A stretch of DNA of 64,000 bases from an uncultured Acidobacteriota bacterium (GCA_963739035.1 CAVTYZ010000012.1:161852-225851); one strand, 5' to 3'. Counted from the stretch's first letter, positions 11,247 to 22,000 are shown. Notes: generated by a model from the sequence alone, not told the origin. Program-made: numbers and translations.

Positions 11247-12084
11247 CTATCGCTGCTGCCGGAGCTCCGCGATGATTGCCTCGAGCGCGGCGATGACTTC
11301 GCTCGGTCGACGTCGGCCTTCCGGAACTGGAGCTTGAGGTTGAAGGTCTTGGTCTCGGGGCGGTACTGGAAAACGAACGCCTTCGGCCGGCCAACCTTCG
11401 GCTGCTCTTTGGCCGCCACCGTGCGGGCTTGCTCCCTGGTGACCTGCGCCGCTGCGCCGTTCCGCGTCAACTGCTCGACGAACGCGATCATTTTCTGAGG
11501 TGTCTGCTGCCTAACTACCTGTAAAAGCAATGACTTAGAGGAAATGTCGGCCAGCCGACAAAGATTTCGGACCTCAGTCGGGCATGTCGGCGAGCGCCAG
11601 CGACTCCGTGACGCTCGTCCGGGACTTCCCAAGGCGCCTCGCGAGGTCCTCGTGCGTGTAGCCGCACCTGTGCGCGAGGCTGCTCATCGCCTCGGCTTCC
11701 TCGAACGGCCCGAGGTCCTTCCGCTGGATGTTCTCGACGAGCGCGACCTCGATGATCTCCGTGTCGTCCACCTCGCGGATGACCACCGGCAGCTCGCGGA
11801 GCCCGACCCGAACCGCCGCCTGGTACCGCCGCTCGCCCGCCACAATCTGATAGCGGTCGCCGCGCTGCCGAACGACGAGCGGCTCGATGACGCCCTTCTC
11901 GCTGATCGACTCCATCAGCTCCGACAGGTCGCCCATGACCTGGCGAGGCTGGTCGGGATTGGGGTCGACTCTGTCGATCGGCACCATGCCGACCGATGGG
12001 CGCTCCGGCCGAACTGGCCAGCGCATCCACATAGTGCTCGTCGTGCCTCATCTGCAGCGTCAACGGCAATCCACGCTTAGACAC
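11247..12084 (-). CDS. parB: Chromosome partitioning protein ParB; frame-broken
   Basis: GTG at 12084 overlaps the parA stop (GTGTCTAA). Core in ORF 11574..12032 ([32 protein letters not shown]...[17 protein letters not shown]). The C-terminal part is in ORF 11009..11632. The last 17 codons ([17 protein letters not shown]) are in a third frame, ending at the TAG at 11247-11249. Confidence 0.85.
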
Positions 12085-12835
12085 GATCGATGACCTCCTC
12101 ACAGAGCCGGTAGTACTCGCTCGCGCCGGACGAGTCCGGCGCAAACTTGAAGATCGACTCCTTGTAGGCCGGGCTCTCCTCGAGCCGCACGCTCTTGGTG
12201 ATGACCGTCCGGAACACCTTCTTCCCGAACACCTTGTCGATCTGGCTCCGGATGTCCCGCGCCAGCGCCGTCCGCTTGTCGTGCATCGTAATCACGACGC
12301 CGAGAATCCGCAGGTTCGGATTGGCCCGGGCGCGGACCTTCTCGATCGTCTCGAGCAGGTCGTCCGTGCCCTCGAGCGCGAAATACGACGACTGAATCGG
12401 AATCAGCAGGTGCGTCGACGCCACCAGCGCATTGACCGTCAGCAGGCCCAGCGCCGGCGGGCAGTCGATGACGACCGCGTCGAACGTCGCTCATGACCGA
12501 CGCCAGCTGATCCTTGAGCTTGAAATGCGAGTCCAACTCCCCCACCAGCCGCGCCTCGAGCTTGGCCAGCGCAATCCGCGAGGGCGCGATCCAGAGGTTC
12601 GGCTGGCTCGACGGCTTGATGACGTCAGCCAGACTTCGAGCTGCGGGTCGGTGAAGACGTCGTACACGGAACGGTCAACGGCCGTGATGTCCAGGTAGGA
12701 CATCGTGCTGTTGGCCTGCGGGTCGAGGTCGATGAGGAGGGTTCGCTTCTTCCTGAGCGCCAGTGCCGCCGCGAGATTGATCGCCGTCGTCGTCTTGCCA
12801 ACGCCGCCTTTCTGGTTGGCGATCGAAATGACCAT
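12077..12835 (-). CDS. parA: Chromosome partitioning ATPase ParA/Soj; one or more frame breaks
   Basis: N-terminus [26 protein letters not shown]...[12 protein letters not shown] (ORF 12491..12835). Middle segment in ORF 12099..12545. C-terminus [25 protein letters not shown]...[25 protein letters not shown] (ORF 12077..12424). Confidence 0.85.
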
Positions 12836-12876
12836 GCATTGCCTGCTGGACTACGGAACTGATGACGAACACGGGC

Positions 12877-12905
12877 ATTGTAGGGAGGGACTTGGGGCGT
12901 GTCAA
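12877..12905 (-). promoter_or_regulatory. Consensus sigma-70-type promoter upstream of parA: TTGACA-N17-TACAAT
   Basis: The minus strand reads cTTGACAcgccccaagtccctcccTACAATgcccgtg. -35 = 12900-12905, -10 = 12877-12882, spacer is exactly 17 nt. It lies about 41 nt upstream of the parA ATG (12835). Confidence 0.6.
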
Positions 12906-12915
12906 GAAAGCTGCA

Positions 12916-13401
12916 CTACATCTTGTAGCCAAGATCGTCCGGATCCAAGCTTTCGAGCCAGCTCTGAAGGTGCTCGCGCTCCGTCCGGTCGCTCGAGACT
13001 TCCACCGACTTGGCCTGGTCGAGGACTTTGGTGTCCACGAAGATCGGCACCTTGGCGCGCATGGACAGCGCAATGGCGTCGCTCGGGCGGGCGTCGACGA
13101 ACAGTGACCTCGCCGTCTCGCAGCAAGCTCGAGGTACGCGTAGAACGTGCCGTCCCGAAGGTCCGCGATGATCGACGCGGTTGAGCGTCGCGCCCAGCTC
13201 CTCGAGCAGGTTGCGAAGCAGGTCGTGCGTCATCGGCCGCGGCGGCGAGACGTTCTCGATCTGCAGCGCGATCGCATTGGCCTCGACCGGCCCGACCCAG
13301 ATCGGCAGCGCCCGCTGGTTGTCGGCGTCGCGCAGGATGATGATGGGCATGTTCTGCACCGGGTCGATCATCAGACCCTTGACCTGCATCTCGATCAGCA
13401 T
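12916..13401 (-). CDS. Bifunctional nuclease family protein (DUF151/BFN domain); frame-broken in the middle
   Basis: ORF 12916..13470, probable start [25 protein letters not shown]...ALPIWVGPVEANAIALQIENV..RPMTHDLL. Later segment: VDARPSDAIALSMRAKVPIFV. The ATG overlaps the miaB stop (ATGCTGA). Confidence 0.7.
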   Translation of the reverse strand: MLIEMQVKGLMIDPVQNMPIIILRDADNQRALPIWVGPVEANAIALQIENVSPPRPMTHDLLRNLLEELGATLNRVDHRGPSGRHVLRVPRACCETARSLFVDARPSDAIALSMRAKVPIFVDTKVLDQAKSVEVSSDRTEREHLQSWLESLDPDDLGYKM

Positions 13402-14747
13402 GGTGTCCCCCCGGAGCTGAAACGGCGTGGCACTCGACGATGCGGACCGGCACGAGCGCGCCCGAGCCACTCGCGCGGCCCGCTGAAATTCACGACCATG
13501 TTGCCACGCGTGCGGCCGCCAAGCTCACCGCGGCTCGCCGGCCGCAACGGTATCCACGAGGACCTCCTGCGTCGAGCCGATGCGCGCCTGATAGAGCTCG
13601 AACTGGAGCTCTCGCTGCAGCGCCTGGAGCGCCATGATCCGCCGCGTCTTCTCCGCCTCCGGCACGTCGTCCGGCATGCCGCTTCATCGCCAGGGTGTTC
13701 GGACGGGCGGAGTACTTGAACGAGAACATCGAGTGATAGCGCGCCTGCCGCGTGAGGTCGAGCGTCTGCGTCGAAGTCCGCGTCGCGTCTCGCCGGGAAA
13801 TCCGACGATGACGTCCGTGGACAGGTCGATGTCGGGCACCGCCTCGCGAAGCCCGCCACCTGATCGAGGTACTGCTCGCGCGTGTGGCGGCGGCGCATGG
13901 CGGCGAGCACGCGGTTGGAGCCGGACTGCACGGGCAGGTGCAGGTGCTTGCAGACCTTCGGCAGGTCCCGGATGGCGTCGATCAGCCGATCGCGTGACGT
14001 GCCGCGGGTGCGGGCTCGCAAAGCGAATGCGCTCGATGCCCGGAACGTCGCTGACGCGCTCGAGCAGGCCGGCGAAGTCGCAGGCCGGATCGTCCGGCGC
14101 CTGATAGTGGTTCACGATCTGTCCGAGCAGCTGCACTTCGACATGCCCGGTGTCGGCGGCGTCCCGGACCTCGGCCAGGATGTCGGCCACCGGCCGCATC
14201 CGTTCGTGGCCGCGCGTGTACGGCACCACGCAGAACGCGCAGAACTCGTTGCAGCCCTCGATGATCGTCACGAGCGCGCGCACGGGGTCCGCCGCGGCGG
14301 ACGACGCCCAGCGGGAACGACACGTCGTCGTGCGGGTTGACATCGACGCGCGGCTGCGGATCGCTCGCGCACCTCGCGGACGAATCGCCGGCAGCGCCTT
14401 GAGCCTCTGCGTGCCGACGACGACGTCGACGTGCGGCCGCGCGCTCGAGAATGCGCTCGCCTTCCTGCTGCGCCACGCAGCCGGTGACAGCGATCGTCGT
14501 CGATGGTGCCGCGCGCTTCAGGTCGCCGAGCCGCGCGTAGAGCTTGTCCTCGGCTTTCTCGCGCACGCTGCACGTGTTGATGACGACGAGGTCGGCCGAG
14601 GGCTCGTCGGCGGCCGGCTCGTAGCCGTCGCTGCTCGAGCAGACCGGCGAGCCGCTCGGAGTCGTGGACGTTCATCTGGCAGCCGAACGTCTCGACGAAG
14701 TACTTACGCCCCACGCGCCGACCTTTCGCTTTCGCCTGCCCCGGCAC
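13395..14747 (-). CDS. miaB: tRNA-2-methylthio-N6-dimethylallyladenosine synthase MiaB; frame-broken
   Basis: Segments: [17 protein letters not shown] (ORF 14268..14747); [10 protein letters not shown]...[12 protein letters not shown] (ORF 13982..14566); radical-SAM segment [24 protein letters not shown] (ORF 13684..14343); [22 protein letters not shown] (ORF 13395..14021). Confidence 0.85.
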
Positions 14748-16421
14748 GGATGACCGTTTCGCTTTTGCTTTTGTTTCGCCCTGCGTCCGAGTCGCGATCG
14801 AGCTCTTTCGCCGACGCGAGCACCTGCGGCGTCACTTCGGCGCCCGCGATCATGCGGGCGATCTCGAGCTCGCGGCCGCCCGCGTCGAGCCGCGTGACCC
14901 GGGTCGTCGTCCGGCCCCCGCGAACCTCCTTGGCGATGTGGAAGTGCGTCGCGGGCCGCGCGGCGATTTGCGGCAGGTGCGTGATGCAGAGCACCTGCTG
15001 GCGCTCGACCGAGCCGCTGAAGCCGAAGGCCGACGGCATCGGCCGCGCTGCCGCCGATGCCGGCGTCGACCTCGTCGAAGACCAGCGTTCGCTCCGGCTT
15101 CTTCCCGCTCGACGAGCGTGCGAAGGGCGAGCATCACGCGCGAGAGCTCACCGCCGGACGCGATGCGCGCCAGCGGACGAAGGTCCTCGCCGGGGTTGGA
15201 TGACAGCAGGAACTCGACCGCGTCGATGCCCCGTCGCGTCCAGGCCTCGGGCCGGTCGGCTCGACTCGACGCGGACGAGCACGCGCGAGCTGCGGCATGG
15301 CGAGCTCGGCGAGCGCGCTCTCGAGCTGCGCGCGCCAGGCCGTCGGCCGCCGCCGGCGCTCGCGACGACAGCACGCGACGCGCGGGCGAAGAACACGTCG
15401 CGCGTCTCGCGCTCCGCGATCGCGAGCGCCGCGGCTCGCTCCTCGCTCGCGCCGAGCGCGGCCAGCTCTGCCGCTGAGTTCGTCTGCGCCGCCGAGCACG
15501 TCGTCGAGCGCCGGCCCGTACTTCCGCTTGAGGCGCTCGAGCGCGGCGAGACGATCCTCGACCGCCTGCAGCCGCTCGGGCGACGCGTCGAGGTCCGCGA
15601 TGTACGAGCGCAGAAAGATCGCGAGGTCGTCGAGGCTGGACTTGATCGCGTCGCGTTCGGACAGGTACGGCGTGAAGCGCGCGTCGATGGCCGCCAGATC
15701 CGCGACGCGCTTCCAGACACCGGCGAGCCTGACGAGCGCCGCGTCGTCGCCGTCGTAGAGCGCCGCGTACGCCTCGGTCGAGAGCCTCGCCAGCCGATCG
15801 GCGTTGGCGAGCACGGCACGCTCGGCTTCCAGCTGCGCGTCCTCGCCCGTCGGCCGGCGCGACCTTGTCGATCTCGTGGAGCTGAAACGACGCCATCTCG
15901 ATCCGCGCGCGCTTCTCGCGGTCGTCGAGGCGCGAGCGATCGAGCGCGGCGTCGCGCCGCGCGCCACGCCTCGAACGCTGCCGCCACGCCGGCGACGTGA
16001 TCGCCGCGATCCAGAAACGCGTCGAGATGGACCAGATGTTCGGCCGGATCGAGCAGCGTCTGATGTTCGTGCTGACCGTGCAAGATCGACGCAGACCATG
16101 CGCCCATGTCCTTGAGCGCGGCCGCCGTCGCCAGCGCATCGTCGATGAACGCGCGGCTGCGGCCCTGCGCCGAGATCTCGCGCCGCACGATCTGCTTCGC
16201 GGCCGTCGGCGCGTTCGAAGACGGCCTGCACGGTGGCCGTGTCTTCGCCGGTGCGCACGAGGTCCGCGCTGGCGCGGCCGCCGAGCGAGCAGGTCGATGG
16301 CGCCGACGAGCACGGACTTCCCCGCGCCGGTTTCGCCCGTGAGGACGTTGAGGCCGGGTTCGAACTCGACGTCGAGCTGGTCGATGACCGCCAGGTGGCG
16401 GACGCCGAGAAAGCGAAGCAT
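14704..16421 (-). CDS. recN: DNA repair protein RecN; frame-broken
   Basis: N-terminus [45 protein letters not shown] (ORF 14850..16421). SMC-like coiled-coil segments in ORFs 15134..16924 and 15148..16188. C-terminus [13 protein letters not shown] and [13 protein letters not shown] (ORF 14704..15039). Confidence 0.85.
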
Positions 16422-16526
16422 GGCGAAACCGGAACTCCCATCGTATCAGACCTTTGACAGCGATTTGGCGCGCGTGTTACGCTTGCGCGTCCGCGCTGTT
16501 CCCAGCGGCGCATCACCACGGTTTGT

Positions 16527-17293
16527 GTGGAGGTCGTGTTGCGCTTGCTTGGACCCGTGATCCTGGCTCTGCAGGATCCTGCCGTTGCTCCCGCCGAGAC
16601 CGCGCCAAGAACCGACATCATCTCGCTCGTTGCGAACGCGGGTCTCGTCGTGCAGGTCGTGCTCGCGACGCTGCTGCTCTTCTCCGCGATGTCGTGGGGC
16701 ATCATCATCTTCAAGCAACGGCAGCTCAAGCGCGCGACGCGGCAGACGGCGCAGTTTCTCGACGTCTTCCGCAAGAGCAGCCGCTTCTCGGAAGTGCAGG
16801 CGGCGTGCGCCGGGCTCTCGCGGCAGTCCGCTCGTCGGACTGTTTCAGGCCGGCTACGCGGAGCTGAACGCGCAGCTGCGCGCGGCGCCCGACGACAAGC
16901 CGGCCGAAGGCGCGGCGCGTCCAACGCTGAAGAGCCTGGACGCCGTGGACCGCGCCCTGCTGCGCGCCTCGACGGCGGAGATCTCGAAACTGGAGTACCG
17001 CGTCGCGTTTCTCGCGACGACCGCGTCGATCACGCCGTACATCGGTCTGTTCGGCACCGTCTGGGGGATCATGGCCGCGTTCCAGGGCATCGCGACCGCC
17101 GGATCGACGAGCCTCGCCGTCGTCGCGCCGCCGATTGCCGAAGCGCTCGTCGCGACGGCCGCGGGTCTGTTCGCCGCGATTCCGGCCGTCTACTTCTACA
17201 ACGACATCACGAGCGTCGGTGAAGAAGTTCGCCAACGAGATGGACGACTTCTCGATGGAGTTCCTGACGATCGCCGAGCGGAACTTCCGCTGA
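16527..17293 (+). CDS. tolQ: Tol-Pal system protein TolQ (MotA/TolQ/ExbB family); frame-broken
   Basis: GTG at 16527 (ORF 16527..17222: VVQVVLATLLLFSAMSWGIIIFKQRQL). It continues in ORF 16585..17679 (FLATTASITPYIGLFGTVWGIMAAFQGI...IAEALVATAAGLFAAIPAVYFYN). TGA at 17291-93 overlaps the tolR ATG. Confidence 0.75.
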
Positions 17294-17764
17294 TGCCGAA
17301 ACTCGAGCCGATGTCGAACGGCATCGTCGCGGCGGCGGACGCCGCGCGCGATGCGGTCCGCGTGTCGTCGTCGCTCGCCGAGATCAACGTCGTCCCGCTC
17401 GTGGACGTCATGCTCGTGCTGCTCGTGATCTTCATGGTCGCCGCGCCGATGATGCAGCAGGGCTTCCCGGTCAACCTGCCGCAGTCGCGACAGTCGCGTG
17501 CGATCGACGCGCCGGTCGTCGTCACGGTCCCGATCAGCTTCCGTCGCGATCGGCGCGTGCAGGTCGACGAAGAGTTCGTCGGCGTTCAGCGTGCTCGCCG
17601 AGCGGGTGCGGCAGGCCGTCGGAGAGCGCGAGCGCAAGAAGGTGATGCTCGCGGGCGACGCCGGCGTCACCTTCGGTGATCTCGTCCTGGTCTGGGACAA
17701 GCTGCGCGAAGGGGGCGTGGAGAACGTCGGCGTCCAGACGCAGCCCGCCATCGGAGCGCAGTGA
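17293..17764 (+). CDS. tolR: Tol-Pal system protein TolR (ExbD/TolR family); one frame break
   Basis: MPKLEPM...LAEINVVPLVDVMLVLLVIFMVAAPMMQQGFPVNLP (in ORF 16585..17679). C-terminus VMLAGDAGVTFGDLVLVWDKLREGGVENVGVQT (ORF 17498..17764). Confidence 0.7.
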
Positions 17765-17770
17765 ACCGAC

Positions 17771-18552
17771 GTGAGCCAGAGCGTCAACCCCGCCTTTCAG
17801 CCCAGCCCCGCGGACATGCGGGCGATGAACCGCGCGCTCGGGTGGTCCGTCGGGGTCCACGTCGGCGTCGTGCGTCCTGTTTCTCGTCGTTCCGCGCGAC
17901 TGGTTCGCCGATCCGCCACGTCGGATGATGACCATCTCGCTCGGCGGAACCGCGGGTCCGCGATCGACCGGGCACGACGAGCATCGGCGGACGTACGGTC
18001 GAGGCGGTGACTCCCCCACCCCGCCGGCCCGAGCCGATTCGGCCGACGCCTGCCGGTGAAACCGGATCCGGTCGCTGTCAAACGCCGCCGGCCGCCAAGC
18101 CCGTCACCAAGCCCGTACCGACCACCAAGCCCGTGAAACCGGAGCCTGCCGTCCGCCCACCGACGACCGGGCCGCAACTGACGCAAGGCAACACTCCGGT
18201 CGATACAGGGGCGAGAGGACAAGGACAAGGACTGACGTTCGGCGGTGGCGGAACCGGCGGCGAGACCAATCTCGCCGACTTCTGCTGCCCGGAATACATC
18301 GCGCTCCTGACCCAGCAAATCGATCAAAACTGGCAGAAGGTGCAGCAGCAACGCGGGACGACCGTCATCCGTTTTTCGATCCTGAGGGACGGAACGGTTG
18401 CGGACCTGCAGGTGATCAAGCCGAGCGGCAGCCCGTTGCTCGACCGCGCCTCGCAGCGCGCGTTGCTGGCGGCGAAGCTGCCGGCGCTCCCCTCCCAGTA
18501 CAGGTCCGAGAAGCTCACGGTGAACCTGACGTTTCCCTATGAAGGGCGTTGA
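17771..18552 (+). CDS. tolA: TolA-like protein with a TonB C-terminal domain; frame-broken
   Basis: Sits between tolR and tolB. Pro/Lys-rich spacer PAAKPVTKPVPTTKPVKPEPAVRPP, then a TonB_C-like end YIALLTQQIDQNWQ...TTVIRFSILRDGTVADLQVIKPSGSPLLDRASQRALLAA (ORF 18007..18552). N-terminal part in ORF 17771..18010. Confidence 0.55.
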
Positions 18553-18573
18553 CTGCGAAGCCCCCGGAACTTG

Positions 18574-20007
18574 ATGAAGGGCGTTGAAATGACGAAGCCA
18601 TTGCGTGGATTGTTGTGGCTCCTGATCCTGAGTACTCCGGCGCTGGCGCCGCCGGCGGCCGGCGCGTTCCGTGCCGAGCCGCTCGGCCCGCTGACCCAGG
18701 ATCGCAGACCGAAGTCTCGATCATCATGTCGAACCCGGCGAACCACCCGAAGCTGGGTCTGCCTGGTCTGGTCGTTCAGGCGCACGGATCAGGAGGTCAC
18801 CGCGGCGGCGAAGGTTCTCGACGGACGTGCTCTGGAACGACCTCGAGTTCGAGCGCGAGTACTACATGATTCCGCAGAAGTCCGCGGCGTCGATTCCGGT
18901 GACGGCCGGCCGAGTCGCTGCCCTACGCGCAGTGGCGCGAAATCGGCGCCGACTTCGTGCTCGCCGGCGTCGCGTCGGCGGCGCGGCAACGACTTCGAGG
19001 TCGAGTTCCGGATTCTCGCGACGCGGGCCGACAGCGAGGGCCGGCAGACGTTCGGCAAGGCCTACACGTGCCGGTTCCAGAATCCGCGCGCGTGCGCGCA
19101 CTACATCGCCGACGACATTCACAAGGACACGCGTGCGCTCGACGGCGTCGCGCAGACCAAGCTGGCGTTCGTCTCCGATCGGCACGGCAGCGCGCGTGAC
19201 GGGCCGGCCGACGCCAGACGCAGGCCGCCAGCAAGGAGGTCTACATCGCCGACTACGACGGCGCGAACCAGATGCGCATGACCGTCAACGGCAGCTTGAA
19301 CTGCTGTCCCGCCTGGTCGCCGACGGCGGGATGCTGTCGTACGTGTCGTGGGGAAGCGGGGCGCCCGGACATCTTTCTCGCGAACCTCGCGCAGCCGGGC
19401 CGGCCCGCCGCTGCGGCCGGCTCGCGGGGCCGCGACGGTGTCGAACCAGACACCGGCCTGGTCGCCGGACGGCGAGCGCGTCGCCTTCGCGTCGAACCGC
19501 TCGGGCAACTTCGACATCTGGGTCGTCAATCGCGACGGCAGCGGGCTGCAGAACCTGACCAACAGCGCGGCGCAGGAAATCGCGCCGACCTGGTCGCCGA
19601 TCGGGTACCCAGATTGCGTTCATCTCCGACCGCGCGGGGCACCGAATCAGCTGTACGTCATGAGCGCGACCGGCACGGGCGTGCAACTGCTCGTCGGCCA
19701 GAAGGTCGATCGGCCGACGTGGTCGCCGCTGAATTTCATCGCGTTCACGATGGAGTCGAGCTCCGGCCACGACATCGGCATTTACGACTTCTCGAATCCG
19801 GGAGCCGTCCGGCAACTCACCGATGGCATCGGCTCGAACGAAAGCCCGTCGGTGGCGCCCAACGGCCGGCACATCGTGTTCTTCACGACGCGGTGGGGCC
19901 GGCAGCAGCTCGCGATCGTCGATCGCACAGGGCAGAACTCCGCCAGATCACCGATCTCGGCAACAACACTTACCCCAACTGGCAGCCGATCACGAGCAGA
20001 AAGGTAG
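18574..20007 (+). CDS. tolB: Tol-Pal system beta-propeller protein TolB; frame-broken
   Basis: Signal peptide MTKPLRGLLWLLILSTPALA. Segment DGVAQTKLAFVSDR (ORF 18571..19281). WD-like repeats PAWSPDGERVAFASNRSGNFDIWVVNRDGSG...APTWSP...PTWSP...ESPSVAPNGRHIVF (ORF 19348..20007). An alternative ATG lies at 18589. Confidence 0.8.
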
Positions 20008-20013
20008 AGCAAC

Positions 20014-20645
20014 GTGACACGACGAGCACCGATCCGCACGCACATGCCGCTCGTTGCGCTGGTCCTCATGCTGGCGACGACCCTCGCCGCTCTTGCGGGC
20101 TGTGGTGGCAAGCGCCCGCCAGTCGCCGACCGCTCCCGTTCCTCCGCCGCCCGCGAGTCCGTCCGCGTTCCCCGGCGCGACGAACACGCCGCCGCGCAGC
20201 CCGGGTCAGCCGCCAGCGCCTCCGGCCGTGTCGAGCGACAGCGGGGTGTCCTCGAGCCCGCTGATGGCGTGGGATTCGCAGCCGCTCGACGTCATCAACG
20301 GCCCGGATTCGCCGCTGAAGCCGGTGTTCTTCGCCTACGACAGCGATTCGCTGGATGACACGGCCCGCAAGGTCCTGAATGGCAACGCCGAAGTCCTGAA
20401 GACCTACCGCACCTGGGTCATCACGGTCGAAGGCCACTGTGACGAGCGCGGCACGGCCGAATACAATCTCGCGCTGGGCGACCGGCGGGCGCTGGCGGCC
20501 AAGAACTATCTCGTCTCGCTCGGCATCCCCGCCGATCGCATCCGCACCGTCAGCTACGGCAACGAGTTTCCGTTCGATCCCGGCGCACAGCGAGAGTGCG
20601 TGGGTGAAGAACCGGCGCGCGCATACCATGCTCACCTCGAAGTGA
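20014..20645 (+). CDS. pal: Peptidoglycan-associated lipoprotein Pal (OmpA family); frame-broken
   Basis: Lipobox LAALAGC (ORF 20014..20358). OmpA-like domain VFFAYDSDSLDDTARKVLNGNAEVLKTYRTWVITVEGHCDERGTAEYNLALGDRRALAAKNYLVSLGIPADRIRTVSYG (ORF 20054..20833). End in ORF 20439..20645. Confidence 0.8.
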
Positions 20646-20665
20646 GGCCAGCCGGAAAGGGCACC

Positions 20666-21520
20666 ATGCGAACACGATTCCTCATCGCCGCCGTGATGCT
20701 GTGGCTGGCGCTGGCGGGCACGGCCGGCCGCGCAGAACCGCGCCGAGCTTCAGATGAACGCCGACCTGCGCATGCTGCAGGAGCAGGTCGAGCCGCCTGC
20801 AGCTCGCCACGAACCAGCTCGCCGAACAGCTGAAGGTCATCAACAAGCGGCTCGACGATCAGTCGTCGTCCACCCAGAAGCAGGTCGCCGACGTCCGGAT
20901 GCTGATCAGCAATCTCGCGAACACCGTGAACGACCGTCCGCGAGAAGGTCGACGACAACACCGTGCGCGTCTCGCAGCTCGGACAGGAGCTGCCGGCGAT
21001 TCGCTCGGGGCTCGGCATGGTGGCGACGCAGCTCAACACGCTCGTCGGCCTGCTGCAGCCGCCGGTCAACCCGACCGACCCGAACGCGCCGCCGGGCTCC
21101 GCGCCCGGGCAGATTGGCGCCGTGCAGCTGCCGGATTCGCCCACGGCGATTTTCCAGGCGGCGATGAGCGACTACATCGCCAACCGCTACCCGCTCGCCA
21201 TCGAAGGGTTCACGCAGTATCGTCACCGACAATCCCGACCGCGCCCAATGCCGCCGACGCGCAGTTCTGGATCGGCATGGCCTACTTCAACGACAAGAAG
21301 CGCGAAGGAAGCGATCGACGCGTTCGACAAGGTCGTCAAAAACTACAAGGGATCACGAAAGAGTGCCCGAGGCGATGTTCCAGCAGGGCTCGTGCTACCT
21401 GCAGATCGGGCAGAAGGCCGCCGCGCACGAAGATCTTCCAGCAGGTCGTCAAGGAATTTCCCGGAGACGACCGTCGGCTATGATGGCGCAGCAGCGGCTG
21501 GCCCCGTGCAGGAACGTGAC
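20666..21520 (+). CDS. ybgF: Tol-Pal system protein YbgF/CpoB (coiled coil + TPR); frame-broken, 3' end approximate
   Basis: ATG at 20666, signal peptide MRTRFLIAAVMLWLALAGTAG. Coiled-coil segments in several frames (LQEQV, QLAEQLKVINKRLDDQ, MRVSQLGQELPAIRSGL). TPR part: IFQAAMSDYIANRYPLAIEGFTQY, AADAQFWIGMAYFNDKK, PEAMFQQGSCYLQIGQKAAA, VVKEFP. Confidence 0.6.
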
Positions 21521-21548
21521 CGCGCTCAGCCGCGAAGGATCGGTGACG

Positions 21549-21989
21549 ATGGGCAGTGTGAACAAGGCCATTCTGGTCGGCAATCTCGGCCGCGACGCCG
21601 AGATGCGCTTCACGGCCGGCGGCACGCCGGTCGCGACCGTCAGCCTGGCCACGACCGAAAAGTGGACCGATCGCGACGGCCAGAAGAAAGAAGATACGCA
21701 GTGGCACCGCGTCGTCATCTGGGGCAAGACGGCCGAATCGCTCCACGAGTACCTGACCAAGGGCAAGCAGATCTACGTCGAGGGCCGCATCCAGACGCGC
21801 GAGTGGACCGACAAGGAAGGCAAGCAGGCGCGGACGACCGAGATTCGCGCCGACCGCATCGTGCTGCTCGGCGGCGGCGGGGGCGGCGGCCCACGTCCGA
21901 CCCGCGATCGACAGGTGGACAGCGGAGACGCGGGCGGCGAATACGGCGGACCGGTCGATGCGCCGAACGACGACGACATTCCGTTCTGA
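21549..21989 (+). CDS. ssb: Single-stranded DNA-binding protein; intact
   Basis: MGSVNKAILVGNLGRDAEMRFTAGGTPVATVSLATTEKWTDRDGQKKEDTQWHRVVIWGK...EGRIQTREWTDKEG, then a Gly-rich linker and an acidic tail ending DDDIPF. GAAGGA lies upstream of the ATG. No frame break. Confidence 0.9.
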   Translation: MGSVNKAILVGNLGRDAEMRFTAGGTPVATVSLATTEKWTDRDGQKKEDTQWHRVVIWGKTAESLHEYLTKGKQIYVEGRIQTREWTDKEGKQARTTEIRADRIVLLGGGGGGGPRPTRDRQVDSGDAGGEYGGPVDAPNDDDIPF

Positions 21990-22000
21990 TACCGGACATT

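Noticed and set aside
10983-11498. ORF 10983..11498 (171 aa, plus strand) as a gene filling the lptF-parB gap.
   Set aside because: Its second half is antisense to the well-supported parB C-terminus. Its third-codon-position G+C is visibly lower than in real genes here, and the protein is Ser/Arg/Pro-rich without motifs. The ATG sits in the AT-rich patch by chance.
11247-12915. parS site (TGTTNCACGTGAAACA-type palindrome) in or near parAB.
   Set aside because: Only isolated half-site-like words (GTTTCAC or GTGAAAC) occur in the window, for example around 45430, 42853 and 51507. None is palindromic and none is near parAB. Either the lineage's parS differs or the sites lie outside the window.
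14150-16000. Very long ORFs antisense to, or out of frame with, recognised genes. Examples: 14150..16000 (616 aa), 35008..36639 (543 aa), 50754..52685 (643 aa), 27650..29062 (470 aa), 30492..31811 (439 aa), 40872..42158 (428 aa), 4431..5627 (398 aa).
   Set aside because: Their translations are Arg/Ala/Pro/Gly-dominated low-complexity strings with no recognisable motifs. Each overlaps a gene with clear homology on the other strand or in another frame. In DNA this GC-rich, stop codons are rare in all six frames, so these are shadow ORFs. Only short stretches of some of them carry real coding segments, because of frame hops.
16422-16526. SOS (LexA) operator upstream of recN in the recN/tolQ divergent region.
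   Set aside because: I looked for CTGT-N8-ACAG, GTTC-N7-GTTC (GAAC-N7-GAAC) and related palindromes. I found only a single GAAC (16432-35) and a CTGTTC without partners. A TTGACA at 16454-59 could be a tolQ -35 but has no convincing -10.
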